A stretch of 64,000 bases of DNA from a virus. Its lineage: Duplodnaviria; Caudoviricetes. How positions within the stretch are numbered: the first letter of the stretch is position 1; every line of letters starts with the position of its first letter. The stretch is from positions 32,001-96,000 of IMG/VR virus record IMGVR_UViG_2974628631_000001; one strand, written 5' to 3'. Both the position numbers and the translations under genes were made by a program. Under the pieces are notes generated by a model, which saw nothing but the letters and a program-made list of their open reading frames with translations, did not search any database and was not told the DNA's origin. This document shows positions 38,695 to 47,182 of this stretch, in pieces.

Positions 38695-38811
38695 ATGCCA
38701 GGACCAATGTCCCGTCCAGATGGACATCGAGAGTCTTCCGAAGAGCGTAAGGCTCGTGGTAAGATGCTCATGAATGGAAAGACCCCGAAGACTGGAAAGT
38801 CTTCAAGGTGA
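38695..38811 (+). CDS. 38-aa basic microprotein
   Basis: AAGGAGGTG RBS; MPGPMSRPDGH... Confidence 0.5.
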   Translation: MPGPMSRPDGHRESSEERKARGKMLMNGKTPKTGKSSR

Positions 38812-38826
38812 GCGAAAGCTCATCCT

Positions 38827-38898
38827 GTCCCTTTAGCTTAGTTGGAAAAGCGTTCGGTTGAAGCCCGAAAGTCTGCGGTTCGATTCCGCGAGGGGACA
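38827..38898 (+). tRNA. tRNA-Phe(GAA)
   Basis: TTCGG-TTGAAGC-CCGAA. Confidence 0.88.
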
Positions 38899-39053
38899 CT
38901 TTATCGTCTATCAAAGGATAATGCAATGGGTTGGTTTAAGAGTGAACCCAAGGAAACACCTAGAGAGACAACCGATGAAGAAGAGGCAGAGGCTAGCTTG
39001 AAGTTTCATACCGCCTCTGGTAGATTTGGTCCGGTAGGAAGGCGAGATGCTAC

Positions 39054-39269
39054 ATGGACGACATCAGAACAGTAAGTGATGAAGACCTGAACCGTCCTGG
39101 TCCTTACTCTTTGACAGATTATCGAGCTGCTGAGGAGCTTGGGATTACGGTTCAGAGAATGGTCGAAATCAATGATGTTTGGTCAAAGCACGCTGGTGAA
39201 AATGCGCGGGAACGAATGAGGCGTCGCAAGGAACGACTTGCAAACCAGCAACGCACTGTGGTAAAGTAG
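39054..39269 (+). CDS. hypothetical protein
   Basis: ORF track; phage codon usage. Confidence 0.55.
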   Translation: MDDIRTVSDEDLNRPGPYSLTDYRAAEELGITVQRMVEINDVWSKHAGENARERMRRRKERLANQQRTVVK

Positions 39270-39294
39270 TAGAAAGACCGCCCGAAAGGGCAAT

Positions 39295-39375
39295 GTACGG
39301 GTTGAGCAGGTGGTGTGCTCCGCTGACTGTAAATCAGCCGCTTCGGCATTGGGGGTTCGATTCCCTTCCCGTGCA
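39295..39375 (+). tRNA. tRNA-Tyr(GTA)
   Basis: GCTGA-CTGTAAA-TCAGC; variable arm. Confidence 0.88.
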
Positions 39376-39389
39376 CTCTGTAGTATCAT

Positions 39390-39461
39390 GCATGTAAGCC
39401 AGGGATAAGCTAGGCGGGCCTGTAAAGCCCTACCTCGTTGGTTCGAATCCAACTACATGCA
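39390..39461 (+). tRNA. second tRNA with GTA anticodon, short variable loop, atypical D-arm
   Basis: GCATGTA/TACATGC; GGGC-CTGTAAA-GCCC. Confidence 0.65.
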
Positions 39462-39463
39462 CT

Positions 39464-39535
39464 GTGACGGTAGCTTAATGGTAGAGCGTTGCGTTGTGGT
39501 CGCAATGGTTGCGGGTTCGAGTCCCGTTCGTCACC
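39464..39535 (+). tRNA. tRNA-His(GTG)
   Basis: TTGCG-TTGTGGT-CGCAA; C73. Confidence 0.9.
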
Positions 39536-39537
39536 CC

Positions 39538-39609
39538 GGTCCTTTGTTGCGAGTGGTTAGCAATTGGTCTGCAAAACCAAATACGTGGGTTCGAATCCCA
39601 CAAGGGCCT
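39538..39609 (+). tRNA. tRNA-Cys(GCA)
   Basis: TTGGT-CTGCAAA-ACCAA; U73. Confidence 0.88.
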
Positions 39610-39616
39610 CTATACA

Positions 39617-40038
39617 TTCCCCACCTGAATGTAGAAGGTGAGTCTGGACCTTTCCAGCTAAATGAATTAGATTCAGCCTGTGTAAGTGGTACGGGTCTCC
39701 TCTAGCAGGGAGATTTTTCCAAGAGATATAGCCCGTAAATGCTCTTGGCATCACAGACTAACATGTGCTAGCATGGTGATGGTTCCGAGAAAGAACCTAG
39801 TCAGTTCCAATCGGGTTTATTATACAGAGCGGACAACCTTCCTAAAGAGGCCCGACTGCAATAGGTATCCCACCTAAATTTAAAATGGGAGGTGTTTCGC
39901 CAGTCGTCACTTGAAATCCAGGCTGGTAAGCGGGTAATGTAAGTTAGGGGCAGAGGCCCAAACCTTACAGAATGGCCAAGGTTAGTCACCTTCCCGTGAG
40001 ATAACTCGTGGTACCCCATCACACGTTAATCTGGGGCA
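39617..40038 (+). ncRNA. candidate ~420-nt structured ncRNA
   Basis: No credible ORF; nested long-range helices CCCCA/TGGGG, GAAGGTGA/TCACCTTC, CAGCCTG/CAGGCTG. Confidence 0.55.
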
Positions 40039-40041
40039 CTT

Positions 40042-40116
40042 TCCCTCGTAGCATAACGGCAGTGCAGCAGATTGTTAATCTGTACAGTCCTGGTTCGAAT
40101 CCAGGCGGGGGAGCCA
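40042..40116 (+). tRNA. tRNA-Asn(GTT), CCA encoded
   Basis: GCAGA-TTGTTAA-TCTGT. Confidence 0.9.
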
Positions 40117-40252
40117 CACGCACAGAATTGCGACAAGAACGGATTTGGAACTCACATAATAACCATGGTAAAAGTGGGGAAAGATGAAGGGGAGATAGTG
40201 AAGAGCGGCGGGGCTGCATTAGCAGCTAGGCCACCCGCGTGGGACCAAGCTT

Positions 40253-40356
40253 TGATGTGGTAGCCCAATTAGAGGCGGTGCGGATATGCAAGATTCCTTC
40301 CTGTAGTCCGGTAAAAGGTGGAAGGTAGTGCGGGTATTGAATCCCGCCCACATCAA
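40253..40356 (+). ncRNA. tRNA-like RNA with expanded anticodon domain
   Basis: TGATGTG/CACATCA acceptor; D-like TAGCCCAATTAGAGGC; T-like GCGGG-TATTGAAT-CCCGC. Confidence 0.55.
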
Positions 40357-40362
40357 TTTAAT

Positions 40363-40436
40363 GCCCTTATAGTGTATCGGAATTAACACGACGGTCTTCG
40401 GAACCGTAGAGCCGGGTTCGACTCCTGGTAGGGGTA
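40363..40436 (+). tRNA. tRNA-Arg(TCG)
   Basis: ACGGT-CTTCGGA-ACCGT. Confidence 0.85.
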
Positions 40437-40478
40437 CGTAGCCGATAATTCCAAATGAATTATCGGCTTTCTTTATAC

Positions 40479-40550
40479 GCTCTTGAAGTTCAATGGATGA
40501 ACAACTCCCTCCTAAGGAGCAGGTTGCTGGTTCGAATCCAGTCAGGAGCA
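40479..40550 (+). tRNA. tRNA-Arg(CCT)
   Basis: CTCC-CTCCTAA-GGAG. Confidence 0.88.
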
Positions 40551-40569
40551 CGCAAGACGCAAGACGCAA

Positions 40570-40865
40570 GGGGTAGCTCAGGTTTCGACTTTGCTAATCA
40601 GGGATATAGACGCAGCCGTTCTTTGGTAAGAGAACTGAAACAGACCAAAACCATAAATGCAAACTCTAAGAATGCATCTGCCTACGCCCTAGCGGCGTGA
40701 TGGCCGGGTTAGTGGGGGACCTAGGAACAGAATGCCCCACCTAAAATAGAGCTTCGGCTCAACTTGTGAAGATAGTGTGCAACACCAGTTAGTGTGATTG
40801 ACATGGCTGTACATCGGATATATGCTAGATAGTGAAGGACGCGGGTTCGATTCCCGCCTACTCCA
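40570..40865 (+). ncRNA. ssrA: tmRNA; tag ANSKNASAYALAA* (40659-40700)
   Basis: 5' GGGGTAG..GGTTTCGAC; 3' GCGGGTTCGATTCCCGCCTACTCCA with G3:U; tag ending YALAA. Confidence 0.92.
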
Positions 40866-40880
40866 CAAGATAGGAAGAAT

Positions 40881-41060
40881 ATGAAAGTATCAAATCTCTA
40901 CATCTACGGTTCCAGTGAGTTCCTTCGTAGACTAGAAGAAGAGTATGTTTTCCTGGGAAGGTCTGTTAGACTTGAAGAGGACCGACTTATCGTCTTTGCA
41001 CTTCCACGAAGGAAGAAGAACAACAAGAAGTCTCCGAAGGGCAAGTCACGCAGGCGTTGA
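40881..41060 (+). CDS. 59-aa protein with basic tail
   Basis: Hand translation MKVSNLYIYGSSEF...KGKSRRR. Confidence 0.5.
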   Translation: MKVSNLYIYGSSEFLRRLEEEYVFLGRSVRLEEDRLIVFALPRRKKNNKKSPKGKSRRR

Positions 41061-41086
41061 CAAGGCCGGACGGGGTTTGATAGACT
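41057..41086 (+). promoter_or_regulatory. promoter driving the structured RNA array
   Basis: TTGACA-18-TAGACT. Confidence 0.7.
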
Positions 41087-41092
41087 GTAGTT

Positions 41093-41635
41093 GTTGGTCA
41101 GTACGAGTTAGCTGAATGGTAACTCACGTAGGCGCTCTATTAGGCTGACCAAGCTTGTACCCAAACGAACCATACGCTGTAAGTCCCCCTAGTCGTCACG
41201 GACGAAGGGGCAGGGCAAAATTTCCTGGCCAAGGGTGGTTGTAGGGTATTGACAGTTCGCACGTGACTCTGATACTGTCAAGTTGTAGCACACGGACAAG
41301 GCTTAGGCGGATGGAACAAGCCGGTGGGATGCGAGTGGTGATGCTACAATAACACGGGAAGTAAGCCATCTATACCTAAGACACTGCTTCCTAAGTTGCT
41401 ATCCATAAGGTAATAAACCGTGAGGGAAACCACAGCGGATAATCTTTCCCAGCTAGGTATAGACGTGGGTACCTGAGGATGGCAAGCTTCTACAGCAGGC
41501 AGGTCGAACGCCTTAGACAAGTATTCAGGGCAATGAATAAAGATAGTAGCACCCATTCGACAGGGTATAAAGCTACCGCCTGATTGAATACACGCTGTAG
41601 GCTGTGATAGCGACCGGAAAAGCTATCACAAGCTT
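41093..41635 (+). ncRNA. candidate polycistronic array of ~7 structured RNA modules
   Basis: No + strand ORF; abutting closed stems joined by AAGCTT/AAGTT linkers. Confidence 0.6.
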
Positions 41636-41661
41636 CTAAATTCAAAGCTAGAGGAGTTATC

Positions 41662-41958
41662 ATGGCTACCGGCAAGGAGCGCGGCTTCAAGGATTGGCAC
41701 GGAAGTAAGGAATTCCGGCGCAGCGCTCGCAATTACACTGAATCCGATACCATCAATCGTGGTCGCAAGAAGAAGAACACGAAGAAGTGGTGCAAGGGTG
41801 TTGTTGGTCGTAAGCACACTCTTGCGCTCTTTAACAAGTACTCCTTCTCTCGCAATTACAAGTGCATTAAGTGTGGTAAGGAAATTTGGCACATCAGTAA
41901 TCGAGAAGACTACAATTACGAAGAGAAGAGTCCGATGGAATGGGCTGATTACCAGTAA
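41662..41958 (+). CDS. basic zinc-binding protein
   Basis: GAGGAG RBS; WCKG..H..CIKCG. Confidence 0.6.
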   Translation: MATGKERGFKDWHGSKEFRRSARNYTESDTINRGRKKKNTKKWCKGVVGRKHTLALFNKYSFSRNYKCIKCGKEIWHISNREDYNYEEKSPMEWADYQ

Positions 41959-42007
41959 TCCCGGTCAACTAGTTGGACACACAATCTCTCTGACCGTATA
42001 ATGGATA

Positions 42008-42451
42008 GTGAATCCATCAAGTTGGGAGGAAATTATGAGCGATACATTCCTAGAACAAATGGGATTTAAGTTCATTGCCGACCTTTTGACGGAAATCCGA
42101 AATGGCCAGATGAGATTGGAGGAAACCATGGCAGACCTACAGACAGAAGTTGCAGAACTTCGTGATGCTGTAACTGGTGTTTCACAGCGTGTTGATGCAC
42201 TCGTTGGACCACTTACGGATGCCGTACGAGAGGCGCAGGACGCACTTGCAGCAGAGCGTGAGGCAGCAGCTAATCTAGCAGCAGCAGAAGATGCTGAGGA
42301 CGTAGAGCAGAACCGTCAGCTAGAGGAGGCTCGTGCAGCTACAGATGCAGCACTAGCAAATGCTCAGCAGGCAGCAGATGAAATCAGCGCTGAGACTGAC
42401 CGACTAAATGCAGTCGCACAGCCTGAAAACCCTGAGACTCCTCAGGCGTAA
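42008..42451 (+). CDS. Ala/Glu-rich coiled-coil protein (start uncertain: 42035 or 42128)
   Basis: Heptad pattern; followed by terminator hairpin 42476-42500. Confidence 0.65.
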   Translation: MNPSSWEEIMSDTFLEQMGFKFIADLLTEIRNGQMRLEETMADLQTEVAELRDAVTGVSQRVDALVGPLTDAVREAQDALAAEREAAANLAAAEDAEDVEQNRQLEEARAATDAALANAQQAADEISAETDRLNAVAQPENPETPQA

Positions 42452-42516
42452 TTAACGAGACAACTTAATAACCAGGACCCCGCCTTTTTGGCGGGGTTTC
42501 TGTGTTAGGAGGGCTA

Positions 42517-42774
42517 ATGAAGAGCCGTAGAAAGTTCCTCTGCCTTGACTGTGGAGTCGATACAGGTAAGATAGGCGAACACTACATGTTGGTTGATGAT
42601 GTCTGGTCCTTGACAGGACTTGGGCCGATTGGTATGCTCTGTGTTGAACACGTTGAAGAGCGCATTGGTCGAGAGCTTGTGGTGACAGACTTCAACGACT
42701 CGTATCTCAACAATGCCCGAACGGGCATTATCAGTCAGAGACTTGCACAGCGCATGGGTCTTCTGGTAAGATAG
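42517..42774 (+). CDS. hypothetical zinc-binding protein
   Basis: CLDCGVDT..EHYM...LCVEHVE.RIGR.L. Confidence 0.6.
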   Translation: MKSRRKFLCLDCGVDTGKIGEHYMLVDDVWSLTGLGPIGMLCVEHVEERIGRELVVTDFNDSYLNNARTGIISQRLAQRMGLLVR

Positions 42775-42796
42775 TTCTATCGCCCTTCGGGGTAAT

Positions 42797-42881
42797 GCAC
42801 ATGTGGCGGAATGGTATACGCGCTACGTTGAGGTCGTAGTCTCTGAAATACGGGATGCAGGTTCGACTCCTGTCATGTGCA
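42797..42881 (+). tRNA. tRNA-Leu(GAG)
   Basis: CTACG-TTGAGGT-CGTAG. Confidence 0.9.
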
Positions 42882-42882
42882 C

Positions 42883-43071
42883 ATGTCTCTTAGAGTAGGT
42901 CAGCAAATTGTTGTTGCTCAATTCGTCAGGAAGGGAATTGAATACTCTGGAAGAAAGGGCTTTGTAGAGATTGTTCAGAGCCGTGGCAGAATTACGGTAC
43001 TTCTGTACAAGACAGATACAATGCCAGAATGTACAATTGATATGCATGAACGAAACGTAAGGACTGTATAG
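42883..43071 (+). CDS. small KOW/SH3-like protein
   Basis: VGQQIVV...YSGRKGFV. Confidence 0.5.
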   Translation: MSLRVGQQIVVAQFVRKGIEYSGRKGFVEIVQSRGRITVLLYKTDTMPECTIDMHERNVRTV

Positions 43072-43349
43072 TGAGTTACATCGTTTATCGTGACGTTTTT
43101 GGCATGGACCAGAACAACCCCTTGCTTGACAAGGTTGATAAGCTCGATGATAAGGTTATTGAGAAGTATCAACAGGGTTGGGTTGATGATGAATTCGGGC
43201 CAGGTATGAATCTGCAAGAGGCAGAAGAATACATTAAGTCTCAAGGGTACAATTGTTGGCCTCCCCCAGAGCCTCACAGTTACGATACACTCCTCATCCT
43301 TGTACAGATGATTAAGAACGGGGAAATCGATATCAATGAGTATCTTTAA
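43071..43349 (+). CDS. hypothetical protein
   Basis: Coupled ORF. Confidence 0.55.
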   Translation: MSYIVYRDVFGMDQNNPLLDKVDKLDDKVIEKYQQGWVDDEFGPGMNLQEAEEYIKSQGYNCWPPPEPHSYDTLLILVQMIKNGEIDINEYL

Positions 43350-43506
43350 CCGAGACGGATTCAGGAACGGTCAAAAGGTATACATTCCAAAGATGGGGCA
43401 GTATGGCGTTGTGAAAATGAAGCGCGGTGGTCTCATTAAGGTAAAGCCATACAAGAGTGACAATGAAATTTGGGTTCATCCTTACGAAATTGAGGATGGT
43501 CGATAA
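43336..43506 (+). CDS. small SH3-like protein (not in ORF track)
   Basis: FRNGQKVYIPKMGQYGVV...WVHPYEIE. Confidence 0.5.
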   Translation: MSIFNRDGFRNGQKVYIPKMGQYGVVKMKRGGLIKVKPYKSDNEIWVHPYEIEDGR

Positions 43507-43524
43507 GAAAGCCCTTCGGGGCAT

Positions 43525-43612
43525 GGAGAGGCAAGCCAATTGGTGATGGCACCTGACTGCTAATCAGACGAGTCCTTATAGGGCCTTGCGGGTTCGACCC
43601 CCGTTCTCTCCG
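43525..43612 (+). tRNA. tRNA-Ser(GCT)
   Basis: Loop CTGCTAA; long variable arm. Confidence 0.88.
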
Positions 43613-43721
43613 CTGCTACCCTATGTAGAACCGTGTAGGGGCTATGCAATGTATCAGGGGGTTGATATCCCTAACGGTTCAAGCTACCATGGAAGTCCAA
43701 GAGTTAATACAAGGAGATGAA

Positions 43722-44771
43722 ATGACTCACGTTTCAGCAATCTTTTCCGTGGACGACCTGAACAAGGCAATTGAGGACGGTTGGGTCAGGGTCCAGACGA
43801 ATGAGGACAACACCCTTTCTATTTACAATTACAGCGAAAGTGCCCAATACAAGCGTTACTGGAATGATGTAACTCTGAATTGTCGGGGCTTGATTCTCGA
43901 CAATGACATGAACATTATTGCTCGTCCGTGGAAGAAGTTCTTCAATTATGGAGAGCGTCCACTGAACATTTCCACAGATGACCCGGTTGAGGTGACGGAC
44001 AAGAAGGACGGCTCTTTGGGTATCCTTTACCGTCACCCGATGACTGGTGATTGGAAGGTTGCGACTCGTGGGTCTTTCCTTTCTGAGCAGGCTCTTCACG
44101 CAACTGCATTGTTCAATGACCGATACAGCCACATTGCAATTCCTACTGAGGGTCTTACCTGTCTCTTTGAGATTGTTTACCCTGAGAACCGCATTGTTCT
44201 GGACTATGGCGAGATGGATGACCTCATTCTTCTTGGTTCGGTACAGAACAAGTATGGCTGGTACTATGGTCCAAACGAGACAGCAGCAATGGTGAACTGG
44301 ACTGGTCCTGTCACTGAGGTGTTCGAGTACCGCACGATGAACGAGGCGTTTGCGGACTACCGTCCAAATGCTGAGGGTCTGGTAATTCGGGCGGGTAGTG
44401 AGATGCTGAAGTTGAAGCAGGCAGACTACGTAGCTTTGCACAAGTTGGTTACGGGTCTGAACGAGCGTGCAGTATGGGAGCGCTTGCGGGATGGCGAGAC
44501 GCGTGATAGTATCTGTGCATCACTTCCTGACGAGTTCCACGGGTTTGTTGACAAGACGGCTGATGCTCTTGAGAAGGAGTTCCAGTCAATCTACTTGACG
44601 GCACACCAGAACTATTGTACTGTTCTGAACAAGATGGGAGCGGGCTACAGCCGCAAGGACTTTGCTCTTGAGGCAATCAAGTACCCCAACCCTTCTCTAC
44701 TGTTCAACTTCCTTGACAACAAGTCGAATCGTCAGTCAGTATGGGACATGATTCGACCGAAGGGTGAGTAA
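43722..44771 (+). CDS. RNA ligase 1 (T4 Rnl1-like)
   Basis: CRGLI, RPWKKFFN, KKDGSL (motif I), ATRGSF, FEIV, EGLV, LKLK. Confidence 0.92.
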   Translation: MTHVSAIFSVDDLNKAIEDGWVRVQTNEDNTLSIYNYSESAQYKRYWNDVTLNCRGLILDNDMNIIARPWKKFFNYGERPLNISTDDPVEVTDKKDGSLGILYRHPMTGDWKVATRGSFLSEQALHATALFNDRYSHIAIPTEGLTCLFEIVYPENRIVLDYGEMDDLILLGSVQNKYGWYYGPNETAAMVNWTGPVTEVFEYRTMNEAFADYRPNAEGLVIRAGSEMLKLKQADYVALHKLVTGLNERAVWERLRDGETRDSICASLPDEFHGFVDKTADALEKEFQSIYLTAHQNYCTVLNKMGAGYSRKDFALEAIKYPNPSLLFNFLDNKSNRQSVWDMIRPKGE

Positions 44772-45007
44772 TGGACTGGCAAACTAAGGCTTTTCTTATC
44801 TGTATCGCAGTGAGTGTCGTTTGCAAGATTGGAACGCTTCTGCTACGCTCTACAGAGCCGGAAGAGCCTGAGACTGTGGTTCCAATGAATCGAGCGCAGA
44901 GGCGACATCCCAAGGGAAGAGTTCCTGCGCAAAGGTTCGGAAGGCAGAACCAGGCTATTAAGATGAAGCCGGGCAAGGGTGGCTCTCATCGCAAGTTCGT
45001 AAGGTAG
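44771..45007 (+). CDS. small membrane-anchored protein
   Basis: N-terminal hydrophobic helix, MNRAQRR motif. Confidence 0.55.
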   Translation: MDWQTKAFLICIAVSVVCKIGTLLLRSTEPEEPETVVPMNRAQRRHPKGRVPAQRFGRQNQAIKMKPGKGGSHRKFVR

Positions 45008-45056
45008 TATGTGCTGGGAGGAAACTCCCAGCAAGCTTGTCTAACTAAGGAATGAA

Positions 45057-45305
45057 ATGAATTACGAAGAGATTATCGACGGTTACAATGAGCTTCGTGA
45101 GCGCTGCCTTGAATTGGCAAAGGCTAACAATGGTGCCCTGATGGATAATGGCGCTTGGTTCATGACTGCTATTATGGAATCAGATATCACGCTCGATTAT
45201 TCAGAGGGTGGAATTCATGGTTGGGGCAATGCTTATACTACTCAAACCCTGACCACCGAATACTTCAGCTTTGTTATCCCGTTTGAACTGCTTGAGGAGA
45301 AGTAA
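45057..45305 (+). CDS. hypothetical protein
   Basis: ORF after stem-AAGCTT element. Confidence 0.55.
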   Translation: MNYEEIIDGYNELRERCLELAKANNGALMDNGAWFMTAIMESDITLDYSEGGIHGWGNAYTTQTLTTEYFSFVIPFELLEEK

Positions 45306-46196
45306 ATGCTAGAGCTGGTTATTAATCGCGGAATTCCCGGAAGTGGCAAGTCTACTTTCGCTGAGGCATGGGTGAATTCCGCAAATGGCCGAGTGCGCAG
45401 TAACCGAGATGACATTCGTCTTTCTGGATACGGCGTTGAGTTCGGTCCGCCTATCGATGAGAAGGTTGTTACGGAGATTCAGCACGCTGGAATCCGGGCC
45501 GCACTTTCCGCCGGGGTTTCGGTTATTGTTGATGACTGCAACATTGAGCAGAAGTACATCAATACTCTTGCCCGAATTGGATACGAGTACGGAGCAGAGG
45601 TTTCCATCAATCTGATTGATGTTCCTGTTGCTGTCGCTCTTGAGCGTAACCGTATCCGAAAGGACCATGGAGGACGCTTTGTTCCTGAGAATGTGATTGT
45701 ATCTATGCATTCTCGACTTCAGGGTCTTAAGAATGTCAGCCTTCCGGAGCGAATCGTATTCAATAAGTACACTGGATACAGCAAGAATCCTGAGGCTGTC
45801 ATGGTTGACATTGATGGTACGCTTGCTAAGATGACTCGTAGGGGTCCATTCGACTGGCTTCGTGTTGGTGAGGATGAGCCTATCGAGAGGGTTATTGAGA
45901 TTGTCAACCTGTACTGGAGTGCTGGCAAGAAGATTGTGGTAATGTCTGGTCGTGACAGCGTTTGCCGTGAGCAGACGATTGAGTGGCTTGACAAGAACCT
46001 TGTCCCATGGGATGCTCTTTTCATGCGTCCCGAGAAGGACATGCGAAAGGACAGTATCGTCAAGCACGAACTGTTCTGGGCACATGTCGCTCCGTTCTAC
46101 AATGTTCAGACTGTTCTTGATGACCGTAAGCAGGTTGTAGACATGTGGCGAGAGATTGGCCTTACGTGCTTCCAGGTTGCGCCGGGTGATTTCTGA
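45306..46196 (+). CDS. polynucleotide 5'-kinase/3'-phosphatase (T4 PseT-like)
   Basis: GIPGSGKST, NRDDIR kinase; DIDGTLA, SGR, DDR HAD phosphatase. Confidence 0.93.
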   Translation: MLELVINRGIPGSGKSTFAEAWVNSANGRVRSNRDDIRLSGYGVEFGPPIDEKVVTEIQHAGIRAALSAGVSVIVDDCNIEQKYINTLARIGYEYGAEVSINLIDVPVAVALERNRIRKDHGGRFVPENVIVSMHSRLQGLKNVSLPERIVFNKYTGYSKNPEAVMVDIDGTLAKMTRRGPFDWLRVGEDEPIERVIEIVNLYWSAGKKIVVMSGRDSVCREQTIEWLDKNLVPWDALFMRPEKDMRKDSIVKHELFWAHVAPFYNVQTVLDDRKQVVDMWREIGLTCFQVAPGDF

Positions 46197-46402
46197 TGGA
46201 ACTATTTGGAGCATCCTGTCTGACAGTTATCGCAGCAATTGCCATTATGTGGTGCATCGGAATGCCTTGGCTTGCGCTAGGGTTTGGTGGTCCATCAATT
46301 GGTAATTGGGCTTGGATGATTGGCGGACTTGTGGTAGCGTCTGCTATCGCTGTAGGATGGTGGAACTTCGTGGGCACAAACATTCATTTCAGCTTCGGTT
46401 GA
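46196..46402 (+). CDS. 2-TM membrane protein
   Basis: Hydrophobic 68 aa. Confidence 0.55.
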   Translation: MELFGASCLTVIAAIAIMWCIGMPWLALGFGGPSIGNWAWMIGGLVVASAIAVGWWNFVGTNIHFSFG

Positions 46403-46449
46403 AATGCGGCGGGTTGTTGTTTAGACCCGCCAAGCTGAAAGGAGATAAA

Positions 46450-46728
46450 ATGCAAACAGTAGACATCACACTTGATGTAAATCAAGCACGACTGGTAAAG
46501 CGTATCCTTGAGAATCACGTGTCTTCGGATGTAAAAGAGCTTCGTCGGATTGGTGACGCTATCCATGCAATCGAGTATAGTGTAGATAGATTGTGGGACG
46601 AAAAGCATGACCAGGACGCTGAATGCACTTGTGGGCATGTTTACCACAGGCATTTTGATTCCTATGAAGACATGTACCCTATCGGCTGTAAGTATTGTGA
46701 GTGTGATACATTTGAGCAACGCGTTTGA
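46450..46728 (+). CDS. hypothetical Cys-rich protein
   Basis: AAAGGAG RBS; CTCGH..H..CKYCEC. Confidence 0.6.
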   Translation: MQTVDITLDVNQARLVKRILENHVSSDVKELRRIGDAIHAIEYSVDRLWDEKHDQDAECTCGHVYHRHFDSYEDMYPIGCKYCECDTFEQRV

Positions 46729-47182
46729 GTTCTTTGAGGCCCAGTGGCAAGAGCCTGTTTGGGATGCACTGAGTGAGACTGAGAAGCTACTCCTTGTTCA
46801 CGAGGCGTATGCTGAGAAGCAGTTCCGCGAATGTGATGGACATGCTTGGACTCTGGTGGTAGACTGTGGTCAGGCAAGTATCCAGTGTGTCAATTGCGAG
46901 GGCAGCTTTGAATATATCGCTGGACCAGACTACCAAGACATGATTAACTGTGAGGTAGACATTTACTACCCACGCATCGAGATTGAGATTTCTGGCTCAT
47001 ACGACAACCCCGAGCGGGAACCTGTGCTAGAATTCTACACAGAGCATCCGGAAGATTTGTCGGGTTGCGCTTACTTCCAAGGTAAGGGAACATGTTCCTA
47101 TGGCTGTTGGGAAGAGCCTAGATGTCAGACAGACGAACCTTCTGAAGGTTGGCCATCGGAGCGATTTAAGGACACGCCTTGA
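46607..47182 (+). CDS. hypothetical acidic protein (start likely ~46712)
   Basis: ORF track. Confidence 0.5.
   Translation: MTRTLNALVGMFTTGILIPMKTCTLSAVSIVSVIHLSNAFEFFEAQWQEPVWDALSETEKLLLVHEAYAEKQFRECDGHAWTLVVDCGQASIQCVNCEGSFEYIAGPDYQDMINCEVDIYYPRIEIEISGSYDNPEREPVLEFYTEHPEDLSGCAYFQGKGTCSYGCWEEPRCQTDEPSEGWPSERFKDTP

Noticed and set aside
40551-40570. CGCAAGA x3 tandem repeat before tmRNA
   Set aside because: Short slippage-type repeat with no functional evidence.
40455-40700. 81-aa ORF ending YALAA
   Set aside because: It overlaps tRNA-Arg and tmRNA; only the last 13 codons are the tmRNA tag frame.
39617-41635. RNase P RNA or group I intron call for the large ncRNA candidates
   Set aside because: I found no GAGGAAAGUCC/CGGCUUA P4 signatures or recognisable P7 core, and no interrupted host gene.
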